From a virus (taxonomy: Duplodnaviria > Heunggongvirae > Uroviricota > Caudoviricetes), in IMG/VR virus record IMGVR_UViG_3300026549_001031: a DNA stretch of 64,000 bases; one strand, written 5' to 3'. Below the pieces are notes generated by a model. It saw only the letters and a list, made by a program, of their open reading frames with translations. It did no database searches and had not been told where the DNA came from. Shown one piece after another: positions 37,517-47,628 of this stretch (the first letter of the stretch is position 1; each line of letters begins with the position of its first letter). The translations under genes were made by a program, and so were the position numbers.

Positions 37517-38139
37517 TGATAATGGAGGATATTACTATGAGCAAGACAGATAATCAGGGAAGGACAGTTTATTGTCATTTCAATTTCAAAAGACCTAAGG
37601 GCAAAAATTTTGGGTACTTTGCAGTTGCTATGTATTACGATTATGAAGGTAAGGAACTTGCAGCTAAAGTTACTAGGATGCTTCCTTTATGGAAGAATCA
37701 TCAGTTTGTTTCAGCAATTCAGGCATACGAGCATGCACTTTACAGTATTTATAAGTGGCAGGGCATTATGTTAAGTAAGGGATTCACTAATGTAATGTTA
37801 GTTACAGATAACAGTATACTTGCTGGTTGGATTACTGATCCTAAGAAAAATAAGGCATACACTGGTTATATGAATAAGGCAGTTGAACCTTATAGAGCAG
37901 GTGGTACAATGGAAATTACATTGGGTGTTGGTTTATGTAGACCTAGGGATCATGAAAAGTCATATAAGTATTGCAATGCAAAAGAGGTAGTCAATGATGT
38001 TAAGCCTGTAGTAGTGGAGAAATCAGAGAATGGTACAAAAAACGTTATTGACTTAAGTGCTACAAATATGGCATATAAAACTATTTCAGAGATTGAGAAA
38101 GATAATATAAATAAGCCTGAAATAGTTGGAATGGATTAG
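37516..38139 (+). CDS. RNase H-like fold protein, probably degenerate
   Basis: AIQAYEHALYSI..VMLVTDNSILAGWI; first catalytic Asp not apparent. Confidence 0.45.
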   Translation: MIMEDITMSKTDNQGRTVYCHFNFKRPKGKNFGYFAVAMYYDYEGKELAAKVTRMLPLWKNHQFVSAIQAYEHALYSIYKWQGIMLSKGFTNVMLVTDNSILAGWITDPKKNKAYTGYMNKAVEPYRAGGTMEITLGVGLCRPRDHEKSYKYCNAKEVVNDVKPVVVEKSENGTKNVIDLSATNMAYKTISEIEKDNINKPEIVGMD

Positions 38140-38242
38140 AGATAGGTTGAAATTACAAGAATTATACAAGAATAAGCATATAAAACAAAAACAAACATAG
38201 AATAGCAAGAGTGAACAAGTAGGAAAGAGAGTAAGAAAAGAT

Positions 38243-41200
38243 ATGTTTACACGTGGAGAGTTTACGACTGGCGATGTTACATATGGAGTTTTGATGAATT
38301 ACACAAAGTCTCATATGGAGGTTTTGTTAGTTAACTGCGGTACAGTGGTATCAGCTTATAAGACAGATGGTACTGGTAGTTACAGTTACAATAATAGCAG
38401 GGCAAAGGAATTAGGTTTATTGATCAAGAGGGGTGTAAAAGGCTGCACTTCTAAAAATAATACACCAATGCCTTTTGAGCTTGGAGCAATGAACTCACAT
38501 GAGTTTACAAAGGTAAAAGTGGAATACTCTATACAGTTGTACATGGGTGAGGTAGTTGGAGCATCTATTAGATCTGATAAGCAGAGAGTTGAGTTAGAGT
38601 ATATAAAGGAGGCAAAGTTTCCTGAAAATATACCTTACATAAAACTGACGGAGATTAAGAAAGACTTTACAAATGTAACAGATACAGAGGAAGAGGCAGT
38701 TCAGGTGCGCTCAGTACAAGAGATTGCACTTGAAAAAGAAGACGTGTCATGGTTAAAAAACAAGAAATACTATATTGTTAATGATGATGCAACAGCAGAG
38801 CAATTATTCAGCTTTCTGGATAAATACAATGGCGTCATTGCATACGATACAGAGACAACAGGTTTGCATATCAACATGTTTGGCGAGATTGGCAGTGACA
38901 AAAAGAAGGAACTTGAGAGATATAATGCAGCAAACCCTGAAAATCAAATTAGAGCAGATAGGTTAGTAGGTATAATCTTCTGTGTTGAGAATGATGTATC
39001 TTATTATTTTCCTTGCTTCAATAGAAAGTTTGATAATCTCTATCAGAATCTTGATAGTCCTGTAAGAAAAACTACTGTGAACAATATTAAAGCAAGATAT
39101 ACAGTAGGCGACTTGAGAAATGATGACAGTTTTATGGCTAACTACATTAGAACAACACCAGACAGTGAATGGGGTTCTGATGTTATTCTAATGGAAAGAT
39201 GTAGAGACATCTTACATACTAAACATCTTGTGGCTCATAATGGTACATTCGAGTGGAAAGTAGGATGGCTGTATCATATTGATACTAACCTTTCAGATGA
39301 TACAATGATCATGCATCAGCTGATGTATAAGTTTAGAAGTACGACAAGTAATAGGGGTGAGAAATCATCCTTGAAGTTCTTGGCTAAAAAGGAATTAGGA
39401 GTAGATCAGTGGGAATTGGATGACTTCTTCCCTAACTGGAAAGAGGATAATGCTGGTACAGTTAGAACAAAAGCTGGGGCAAAGAAGAAAAAAGGAAGTA
39501 AAATTGATTTCTCTTATATGACATATGAGGGAACTAGAGTATATGCACCTACTGACGGAGATGTTACATTTCAGTTGTTTAACAAGTACAAGAAAGATAT
39601 GGTTGAAAATCATAAGGAAATTGAGTACCTGTATTCAGTTGAACTTATTGTTTCTTGTGCTATTGCATATATGGAATTTTATGGACATAGAATTGATGAG
39701 ACAAAAATCTTAAATGCACGAGAAGAGACTAAGGCAGACCTTATTATGATTGAGTCTGAAATCAGACAAACAGTAGGTTACAGTGATCAGAAAGAGTTGG
39801 ACAAGTATAACGAGTTAAAAAACGTTAGAAATGAAATTGAGTTACTTGAGAATAAGAAAGATGAACAGTCTAAAACAAGGTCAAGGCAGTTAAGAGAAGC
39901 AATACCTACATTAACAGAAGAGGTAAAGAAAGCAATTGCTGAGAATAAAAACAATGTATTGAATTTATCTGCACCTGGTCAGGTTGCTGACTTGTTCTAT
40001 AATAAGCTTGGGTATCCTACTACGCTATCAGAGGGTAAAATGTCCGTAGCAAAGAAAGTTTATAAAGGACTCATGAAGGAAAAAGATGAGAATGGTAAAC
40101 CTAAGTATCCTGTTGCAGGAATGTATGCAAAGTATAAAGATAAGGATACACAGTTAACTAAGTTCTTCGACAACTTACCTTACTTCATGTACCCTGGTGG
40201 GTTTATCTTTAGCAGTTATGGTCAGATCTCTACAGCAACAGGAAGAATGAGTTGCATTGATGAGGATGCATTGATTTCTGTAGTTGGTGGGTATAAGAAA
40301 ATAAAAGACATTGAAGTTGGGGATATGGTATATTGTTATGATAATGATGGCAATATAGCAATTAGAAAAGTACTTAACAAATTAGACAAAGGCATTAAGG
40401 ATTGTATTGAACTTACATGGCAAAGACAGGGTACACATGAGTTTGGCAGTTTAGTTTGTACACCTGATCATAAAATCTTGTCAAAAGACAATGGATGGGT
40501 GAGAGCAGACAGTCTTAACTCTGGAGATAGGGTACTTGGAGGATTTAATGGAAATAAGGCATGCAATGTTAAGTTAGAAGATAAACATTCAGTTGGTAAA
40601 AGACACGTGTATGATTTGGAGGTTGAGGAATTTCATAACTTCATTGCAAATGAAATATGCGTTCATAACTGCAGTAAGCCTAACGCACAGCAGTACCCTA
40701 AATTGATAACGAAAATTGTTATTCCTAGGGATGGCTTTGTAATGTTGGATGCTGACTACTCACAGATTGAGTACCGTGTGCTAACAGCATTAGCAGGAAA
40801 TACAGAACTTGCTGAATTGTTTAGTAACCCTGATAGTGATTATCATACACTTATGGCTTCACTGATGTATGACGTTCCTTATTCTTCAGTGACCTCACCT
40901 ATGAGAAGTGCAGCTAAGTCATTTAACTTTGGTATTCCTTATGGAATGGGATTGGGCTCATTGGCAATTCTGTTGACAGGTAAGAATACACCTCAAACAC
41001 GAGATGAAGCAGCAGAGAAATATGAGGCATACTTCAAGAATCAGCCTAGGACACGTAAATTCTTTGATAATGTCAAGGAATTGGCTCAGGTTTATGGATA
41101 CACTGAAACTCAGTTTAAGCGTCGTAGATACTATTCGTTCAAGGAGCCAGATGGAACAATCAATGAGGCAAAGAAGGCTAAGGCATTAAGACAGGCAGGT

Positions 41201-42322
41201 AATGCAGTTATTCAGGGTAGTGCAGCAGATGTATTTAAGATTGGTGTTGCTAGAAACTTTAGCTACATCAGAAGAAATAACTTACTTGGTAAGTTATTGA
41301 TTATTAACATGATTCATGATGAGCAGCTTATGGAGATTGATGCACAGCATTTGAATGTTCAGAGAATACTTGCTGATGTAGGTAAGAATATGCAGTTCCA
41401 TTTGGATGGATATCCTCCATTATATATTGGTGCTGGCATTGGTAAAGCCTGGGGATATGCAAAAGGTAAGATGGCTGAAATACATCCTGTATTATTACAA
41501 CAGCTCACAGATGAAGCAAAAAGCATTCCTATTTACAGAGAGGATTGTAGTACATACGTAGATCCTCATACAGTACTTGATTACTTTGAAAACAGAGTTT
41601 ATGAGTTCAGACGTAAGAAAGTAGCTGATTACCTTGGAAATCCAGAGAATTGGCATAAGAATATTCACCCTGCTATTGGTGGTTTGATTAACTTACAGTT
41701 TAACTATGGGCGTGGAGATGAAGCTAAGGCATATACAGCCCCTGACGGTACAAAGTACACTGATCAGCAGTTCTTGGAGTTGAACATTAGTGATTTCTTA
41801 AAGGAGAATCACATAGATGCACAGCCTGATTGGTTTAGGGCAAATGAGACTACAGCTGATGAAAAGACAGAGGCAGATGCAGATGTTGAGTACAGTGATG
41901 AGGAAGAAGAGGATGATGTAGCAGACCTTGATTACAGTGCAGATGCACAGGTATTCTCTTGTATAGACGAGAGTAATAAATTGTTTGGCTCATCAGTGCA
42001 GGACTTAATCGCTACATTTGGAGCATGCATTTTACCTGGTCAGCATATATGTGGTTTGGATGTACGTAATATATACTTTAAGAAGCTTGATGCATTGATT
42101 GATTTCTTAACAAGCTATTTGTGTGATCCTGATGATGAAGGTGCATTACAGATAGTATTTCTGAATAACGCTAATATTTTGAAATATACAGGTCAATATG
42201 TAAAGGGCATCAGGGCATCAGAATTTGAGACAGAGTATAAAACCTTGATGGCAAAGAAACATTTTGACACAGAATGGGAAAAGAATCAGGGAGACATTAA
42301 CAATAGAGCGCAGGCAGAGTAG
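38243..42322 (+). CDS. polA: Family A DNA polymerase with 3'-5' exonuclease domain and intein
   Basis: IAYDTETTGL (ExoI), VAHNGTFE (ExoII), TATGRMS, DADYSQIEYR (motif A), RSAAKSFNFGIPYG (motif B), MIHDE (motif C). Confidence 0.93.
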   Translation: MFTRGEFTTGDVTYGVLMNYTKSHMEVLLVNCGTVVSAYKTDGTGSYSYNNSRAKELGLLIKRGVKGCTSKNNTPMPFELGAMNSHEFTKVKVEYSIQLYMGEVVGASIRSDKQRVELEYIKEAKFPENIPYIKLTEIKKDFTNVTDTEEEAVQVRSVQEIALEKEDVSWLKNKKYYIVNDDATAEQLFSFLDKYNGVIAYDTETTGLHINMFGEIGSDKKKELERYNAANPENQIRADRLVGIIFCVENDVSYYFPCFNRKFDNLYQNLDSPVRKTTVNNIKARYTVGDLRNDDSFMANYIRTTPDSEWGSDVILMERCRDILHTKHLVAHNGTFEWKVGWLYHIDTNLSDDTMIMHQLMYKFRSTTSNRGEKSSLKFLAKKELGVDQWELDDFFPNWKEDNAGTVRTKAGAKKKKGSKIDFSYMTYEGTRVYAPTDGDVTFQLFNKYKKDMVENHKEIEYLYSVELIVSCAIAYMEFYGHRIDETKILNAREETKADLIMIESEIRQTVGYSDQKELDKYNELKNVRNEIELLENKKDEQSKTRSRQLREAIPTLTEEVKKAIAENKNNVLNLSAPGQVADLFYNKLGYPTTLSEGKMSVAKKVYKGLMKEKDENGKPKYPVAGMYAKYKDKDTQLTKFFDNLPYFMYPGGFIFSSYGQISTATGRMSCIDEDALISVVGGYKKIKDIEVGDMVYCYDNDGNIAIRKVLNKLDKGIKDCIELTWQRQGTHEFGSLVCTPDHKILSKDNGWVRADSLNSGDRVLGGFNGNKACNVKLEDKHSVGKRHVYDLEVEEFHNFIANEICVHNCSKPNAQQYPKLITKIVIPRDGFVMLDADYSQIEYRVLTALAGNTELAELFSNPDSDYHTLMASLMYDVPYSSVTSPMRSAAKSFNFGIPYGMGLGSLAILLTGKNTPQTRDEAAEKYEAYFKNQPRTRKFFDNVKELAQVYGYTETQFKRRRYYSFKEPDGTINEAKKAKALRQAGNAVIQGSAADVFKIGVARNFSYIRRNNLLGKLLIINMIHDEQLMEIDAQHLNVQRILADVGKNMQFHLDGYPPLYIGAGIGKAWGYAKGKMAEIHPVLLQQLTDEAKSIPIYREDCSTYVDPHTVLDYFENRVYEFRRKKVADYLGNPENWHKNIHPAIGGLINLQFNYGRGDEAKAYTAPDGTKYTDQQFLELNISDFLKENHIDAQPDWFRANETTADEKTEADADVEYSDEEEEDDVADLDYSADAQVFSCIDESNKLFGSSVQDLIATFGACILPGQHICGLDVRNIYFKKLDALIDFLTSYLCDPDDEGALQIVFLNNANILKYTGQYVKGIRASEFETEYKTLMAKKHFDTEWEKNQGDINNRAQAE
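40253..40669 (+). mobile_element. Mini-intein (139 aa, no homing endonuclease) in PolA
   Basis: TGRMS|CIDEDALI...VCTPDHKIL...VYDLEVEEFHNFIANEICVHN|C: blocks A, B, F, G and +1 Cys. Confidence 0.93.
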
Positions 42323-42364
42323 ATTAGACAGCATGTTTAATAAGTTAGTTAGGAGTACATTAAA

Positions 42365-42838
42365 ATGGATGAAGCAACCATGAAACTGTTTAACAGTTCA
42401 AATGATAAAGTTGTACTGCCTTCTGTAAATGAGAAGGTAGCACAGCAACAAGAGGAATTGATGAGTGCTGATATTCAGGGTGCAATTTCAGGTGATACAG
42501 TTAAAAAGCTGTTATTACCTGAAGCATCTAAGATTGACCCTTGTAATTTTATTTTTGACTTTAGTGATATGAAGTCTGTCACAGTATTCCAGAGAGAGGC
42601 ACTAAAAAGTTTAGTGTCAAAGAAAGAGAGTAAACAGAACGTATCATTGTATTTATACAGGAAAGATGGACTTGTAAAATTTGGAATGGGCGAGAAATAT
42701 TCCTTGGAGCGTGAAATTCCTCTTTTAAGACATTTCATCTTTGGAGATGAGATCAGGGTATATAAAAACTACATAGAGGGTGAGCCTATTGTAGAAGTGA
42801 CTGGACGTGACGTAACTCAAATGAGGTTAAATCTTTAG
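42365..42838 (+). CDS. Hypothetical protein
   Basis: 157 aa ORF downstream of polA. Confidence 0.7.
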   Translation: MDEATMKLFNSSNDKVVLPSVNEKVAQQQEELMSADIQGAISGDTVKKLLLPEASKIDPCNFIFDFSDMKSVTVFQREALKSLVSKKESKQNVSLYLYRKDGLVKFGMGEKYSLEREIPLLRHFIFGDEIRVYKNYIEGEPIVEVTGRDVTQMRLNL

Positions 42839-42882
42839 GCATATAATTATAAATAAGTGTTTAATTTATTTAATTAAAATGA

Positions 42883-43275
42883 TTGGAGGAAAATGTGATG
42901 CAGGCATTGTCAATGGATGATATCATGGGTGCCTCTTTTGGAGAAGTGTCAAATGACATATCTGTTACGTTCAAAAAGACAGTGTTAGTTAGAGACTACG
43001 AGACAGAAGTAATAGAGGCAACTACAAATGTGAAGCTTGAACATAATGTAACAGGTGCCGAGAGAATGTTTATTAGTGCATTACTTGAGGTTCAGATGGA
43101 ATACACTGCTTATTGTAATTTAGCAGTAAAAGGAATTGTTACACAGAGTAAGTTAACAGAGCGTAAGCAAATTCTTGAGCAGGCAGTAGATGTGATTAAG
43201 GTCAAAGCAGATTCAGTACTTGGACCTGGAAAGCTGGATAAATACATCAAAGAAGTGGGTTTGAGTGAGGTGTAG
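42883..43275 (+). CDS. Hypothetical protein
   Basis: 130 aa; true start may be GTG/ATG after GGAGG. Confidence 0.65.
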   Translation: MEENVMQALSMDDIMGASFGEVSNDISVTFKKTVLVRDYETEVIEATTNVKLEHNVTGAERMFISALLEVQMEYTAYCNLAVKGIVTQSKLTERKQILEQAVDVIKVKADSVLGPGKLDKYIKEVGLSEV

Positions 43276-43278
43276 TTT

Positions 43279-43578
43279 ATGTTGGAAGGACATGAGTTTG
43301 TAAAGATTGATAACATTTGGTTATTAGACCTTACAGAACATATTGGATACAAGTTACACCTAGATAGTAATAATAACATGACAGGATATGAGAAAGCTTT
43401 TACTATTGAGAGACAGGCAGAGAAAAAAGAAACAGAGACAACAAATGGAAGTAAAAGCAACAGTATAGAGTCAATTGATACAGGTGATAAATTTGAGATT
43501 ATTAGGTTTATTGATATACCTGTCAGGGTACTCAAGGAAGTTGAGAGACAAATACGTGGATATGCAGAGGACTTCTAG
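43279..43578 (+). CDS. Hypothetical protein
   Basis: 99 aa ORF in operon. Confidence 0.6.
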   Translation: MLEGHEFVKIDNIWLLDLTEHIGYKLHLDSNNNMTGYEKAFTIERQAEKKETETTNGSKSNSIESIDTGDKFEIIRFIDIPVRVLKEVERQIRGYAEDF

Positions 43579-43580
43579 AA

Positions 43581-44372
43581 ATGGAAATGAATAATGCATT
43601 AAAAGAAATGAATGAATATACAGATAGGTTGACAGACTATGTAAATGAGTTAAGAGTCAGGGCAGGAGATAACAAACTGCAGGAGTTTGCAGAGTTTAGA
43701 CGGTTTCCTATGGAGATTGTAAAATCATCTGACATTTTTTATATAGGAGATGCAGTTGAAATGTTATTACCTTCTTACTTAAATAGTTTGGAGGACTTTG
43801 GAGTAATTTCAGAGACTAATAAAAAGCCTATATTTCATAACAGATACATTATTCCTATTAAGGATACAAATGGTAAAATACTTAACCTTGTTGGTTACAA
43901 CGCAGATGCAGATGAAAGATATATTTATGGCACTGCTAGGTATTATAGACGTAGAGAAACAATGTATGGACTTGAAAATCTTGAGTATGCCTACAAGGTT
44001 GGATGGGCAGCTGTTACAGAGGGTATTACTGACACTATAAGAGTGAGAAGTTTAGGAATACCTAATACATTTGCTATGTGTGGTACACATAGGTCAGATT
44101 TTATAATGCAACAGTTAGATAGATGCAGTCATGGTATCATTAAGATACCTGACAGGGATGCACCTGGTAGGAAAGCATCTAAAAAATGGAAATGTCATCG
44201 TTCAATTACATTGAACATATTTATAAAATATAAGGACATTGATGAAATGTGTAAGGAATCTGATGATAACATTAGTTGGGTTCAGGAGTATTTAGGGATT
44301 TGCAAGGATTGGTTATTGAGCAGTACACACAAAGGTATGAGCAATGTTTCAGAATCAATTACAATGATGTGA
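43581..44372 (+). CDS. dnaG: DnaG-type primase catalytic core (Toprim), lacking zinc-binding domain
   Basis: RYIIPIKDTNGKILNLVG, RYIY, VTEGITD, IPDRDAPG, YKDIDE. Confidence 0.82.
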   Translation: MEMNNALKEMNEYTDRLTDYVNELRVRAGDNKLQEFAEFRRFPMEIVKSSDIFYIGDAVEMLLPSYLNSLEDFGVISETNKKPIFHNRYIIPIKDTNGKILNLVGYNADADERYIYGTARYYRRRETMYGLENLEYAYKVGWAAVTEGITDTIRVRSLGIPNTFAMCGTHRSDFIMQQLDRCSHGIIKIPDRDAPGRKASKKWKCHRSITLNIFIKYKDIDEMCKESDDNISWVQEYLGICKDWLLSSTHKGMSNVSESITMM

Positions 44373-44499
44373 TAGAAAAAGGCATCAGTGGTGTAAATTC
44401 AAGCAAGCAGTTTAGTTTGATATCAATGGTCGAAATTAGGTGGACCTAAAAATAGACATTGAAATATAAATAATTGTATTTATTTAATTTAATAAAAAC

Positions 44500-44564
44500 G
44501 TGTCGAACTGCACACGACATGATTTTATACATTATTCTCGTATATACTGCACAATATATGGGAG
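44500..44564 (+). promoter_or_regulatory. Twin hairpins with identical ACTGCACA loops upstream of SSB gene
   Basis: GTGTCG-AACTGCACA-CGACAT and TTCTCGTATAT-ACTGCACA-ATATATGGGAG. Confidence 0.55.
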
Positions 44565-44672
44565 TGAAAAACTACAATTAAATATTACAAACACTAAATT
44601 AGTAAAGTTTAACAATCAACAATTTTTAACAGACAAAACAATTATTTTTAAGAGAAAAGGAGAACATCAATT

Positions 44673-45842
44673 ATGAGTAGTTTTTTGAAATCAGCCTCTA
44701 AGCAGGTAAGCGACGTAAGAAACTTCTTACGTGAAGCAGCAGGTAGCAACAGCATCAAGTACAGTGCAGAAAAAGGTGCTAGACATATCATTTATATCCC
44801 TCCAATGCAGAAAAAGACAGTTGACGAAGAGACAGGTGCAGAGGCAGTAGTCAACGTAATCAATGCAATCAGTGTTCCAACACATAGTTGGAGAACAGCA
44901 GACAACAAGTTCAAGGAGTGTGCATGCCTTGAAGGTGTTGAGAGAAAAGATGAGGAAGGTAACATCCTTAATGATGGTACATGTCCATTCTGTGAGAGAG
45001 TGTCTGACGCTTGGGCTATTGCTAACTACAGAAAAGAACTTGAAGAAGAAAATTGCAAGCTGACAGGAGATCAGAGAAAGAAACATCTCGAAGAGGTTGG
45101 CAGACAGTACAGAGATGAGAGAAAACAGCAGGCTGCATCACTTAAGATGTATATGCTTGTTGCTAAGTTTAGACTTAACGAGCAGGGCAAGGAAATCCTT
45201 GACAGTAATGGACTTCCTGAATATGATCTTAAAGTCATGAAACTTTCTGCTAGTCGTATCGAGAAAATTCAGCAGCAGGTAGCTAACTCAGGTTCTGAAC
45301 TTCCTGGCTCAGAAATGATCTTTGAGTATCCTTCAGTTGATGATAGACGACTTCTTGTAAGTCAGTCAACTACAACTCAGGTATTTCCTAACAACAGACT
45401 TACTGTTAAGTATCCTGGCGTAGTTGATAAGATCAATGAGGATGTTTCTAAGTTTGACTGGGATGGCATTGATAAGTCCTTCCCTGAACTTAAGGGTATG
45501 ACAGTGACAGCTGCTAGAACAATAGTTACAGAGCAGTTTGAGCAGTGGGATAAGTATCAGGCAGAACTTGCTACAAATCCAAATGCTAAATACCTTGAGT
45601 ATGTGGTATCTACACCAACTTCTACACCGAACCTTAATGGAGTAGAGAACAACGGTGGTATTCCTGTAATGCCTACTATTCCTAACATTCCTACAATGGA
45701 AACAGCAGGGGCAGGTGTGGCAGGAGCAGCTACAGCAGGTATTCCTACACCTACAGTTCAGATGCCTACATTAGATGCTGGAGCAGCCACACAGACAGCT
45801 GATCCTAATGCAGTATTTGCAGGAGCAGGCATTCAGGCTTAA
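44673..45842 (+). CDS. gp32-like single-stranded DNA-binding protein
   Basis: SVPTH..CACL..CPFCE Zn-site-like motif, YMLVAKF..VMKLS, low-complexity tail; position in replication module. Confidence 0.6.
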   Translation: MSSFLKSASKQVSDVRNFLREAAGSNSIKYSAEKGARHIIYIPPMQKKTVDEETGAEAVVNVINAISVPTHSWRTADNKFKECACLEGVERKDEEGNILNDGTCPFCERVSDAWAIANYRKELEEENCKLTGDQRKKHLEEVGRQYRDERKQQAASLKMYMLVAKFRLNEQGKEILDSNGLPEYDLKVMKLSASRIEKIQQQVANSGSELPGSEMIFEYPSVDDRRLLVSQSTTTQVFPNNRLTVKYPGVVDKINEDVSKFDWDGIDKSFPELKGMTVTAARTIVTEQFEQWDKYQAELATNPNAKYLEYVVSTPTSTPNLNGVENNGGIPVMPTIPNIPTMETAGAGVAGAATAGIPTPTVQMPTLDAGAATQTADPNAVFAGAGIQA

Positions 45843-45865
45843 GAAATAGCAAGGCTGATTTAAGG

Positions 45866-45899
45866 AAAGGCACAATCTAATTAAGGGTTGTGCCTTTTT
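45866..45899 (+). terminator. Intrinsic terminator
   Basis: AAAGGCACAATCT...AGGGTTGTGCCTTTT. Confidence 0.8.
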
Positions 45900-45935
45900 A
45901 TTTAAGAACAACTCATAGTTTATAAGGAGTACATT

Positions 45936-47264
45936 ATGTATGGATATAGTCCTTTGAAGAATTTGAAGATTAAGAATTTTCGAAACATTGGGGATGTGAA
46001 TATAGACTTCACTGAATCACCTATAATCACTTTGCTTGGAGCAAATGAGGCAGGTAAGACTTCAGTAATTAAGGCATTTAGCATGTGTGCTTTACATACT
46101 TCACCTCGTGAACAAAAAGATTGGATCAGAGATGATACTGATATGCTTGGTGTAGAAATTGACCTTGCAGATGGAACAGAGATTATACGTATTAAGCAAG
46201 ACAAAGGTCTTAATATGTATAGGATAGTTTATCCTGATGGTAAGGTATGGGATACAAATAAAATAACAGATGGACTTCCTGCAGAAGTGAGTAGGCTTAT
46301 GGGTTTAATCGAAGAGCCTGAAACAGGTGAGTACTTACATGTCAGGACATATGAGGATCAGTTATTGTTTGTAGTTACACCTAGTTCTACTAATTATAAG
46401 GTGATGTATAATGCATTAAAAGTAGAGCAACTGACTAAGGCAATTAAAAAGGGTAACGTTGAGGTAAATGAGTATAAATCAGAGATTGCTAGGAACGAGA
46501 GCAGTATTGAGACACTTGATAATCAGTTAAGAGCAATTCGGACAGTGGATGTTGAACCTCTGATCTCTGTAAAAGATAGGCTGACACAGAGTTTAGCAAT
46601 ACTAGATAAGATTGAAAAAGTGGTTGCACTTAAGAAAAGAGTCGAGACTTGTGAGGAGCAGATTGGTGCAATAGCTTTGATTGACAGGTTTAATTTGCAA
46701 CCTCTGAATGAAATGAGAGCATCAACTTTAAGTAATATTAGCAGATTATTGAAATTGAGATCTGATAAGATAAATGAAAGACAAATGTTATCAGAAGTAG
46801 ATGCACTTGATGAAATCAATACAGATAAAGTGGTTAAGTTGGAAAGCTTGGCTAAGAAGATTGATGGGCTTGAGATTAAAAAGAAAGAGGCAGGAGAGTT
46901 AGTAAACATAAATGATTTAACTGAAATTTCAGAAGTGGTGGTTGATCAGTTAAATAAAGTCATGGTATATAAAACAAGACTTGATAACATTACTAAAGTG
47001 GTTGAGGACAGAAAGGAATTGAATAGTTGCAGTGAAATTCCTGATGGTCATATGACAGCAGTAAACACACTTTACAGAGTGATTGGTTTGTGTAATGCAG
47101 TTAAGCAAAAGCAAGAAACAGTTGGACAGCTGAAAAATTACATCAATCAGGTGGAGGATTATCTAAAGCAGTGTGGTGTAGCATGTGAGACATGTCCAAA
47201 ATGCGGAGAGACAGTAATCTTTGATATAGACAAGATGGAGGAGATTGGTGGACATGGACACTAA
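45936..47264 (+). CDS. sbcC: SbcC/Rad50/gp46-like ATPase, N-terminal half
   Basis: LKIKNFRNI, Walker A GANEAGKTS, coiled coil, ends at CPKCG zinc-hook motif; no Walker B. Confidence 0.82.
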   Translation: MYGYSPLKNLKIKNFRNIGDVNIDFTESPIITLLGANEAGKTSVIKAFSMCALHTSPREQKDWIRDDTDMLGVEIDLADGTEIIRIKQDKGLNMYRIVYPDGKVWDTNKITDGLPAEVSRLMGLIEEPETGEYLHVRTYEDQLLFVVTPSSTNYKVMYNALKVEQLTKAIKKGNVEVNEYKSEIARNESSIETLDNQLRAIRTVDVEPLISVKDRLTQSLAILDKIEKVVALKKRVETCEEQIGAIALIDRFNLQPLNEMRASTLSNISRLLKLRSDKINERQMLSEVDALDEINTDKVVKLESLAKKIDGLEIKKKEAGELVNINDLTEISEVVVDQLNKVMVYKTRLDNITKVVEDRKELNSCSEIPDGHMTAVNTLYRVIGLCNAVKQKQETVGQLKNYINQVEDYLKQCGVACETCPKCGETVIFDIDKMEEIGGHGH

Positions 47265-47628
47265 TGAAAAGCAGACACAGCAAATTGGCAGTACTGACTT
47301 TGAATACTCAATAACAGCAGACTATAGTGATGGTAGTGGCAACACTGTAAGGGTTGATATTACATTACCTTATGGGTCATTGACAACAGTTCAGAACATA
47401 CATGATTGCAATGAATGTCCAATAGGATATCCTAGAACTGCACAGGAATTGGGATATGAGCATGGATGCGGTTGGAAGGCACCTATGAAACATGGGTGCA
47501 GACCTGAAACTTGCAAATTGAATATAAAGACAGTGAGTGATGTACTTAGAGAATTAGCTGATAAGCTTGATGTAGAGAGGATGCTGGACAATGATGAAAG
47601 CGGAGGGACAGGTAAATGGCTAATATAG
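47245..47628 (+). CDS. Hypothetical Cys-rich protein
   Basis: CNECP..CG..CRPETC; overlaps both neighbours. Confidence 0.6.
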   Translation: MVDMDTNEKQTQQIGSTDFEYSITADYSDGSGNTVRVDITLPYGSLTTVQNIHDCNECPIGYPRTAQELGYEHGCGWKAPMKHGCRPETCKLNIKTVSDVLRELADKLDVERMLDNDESGGTGKWLI

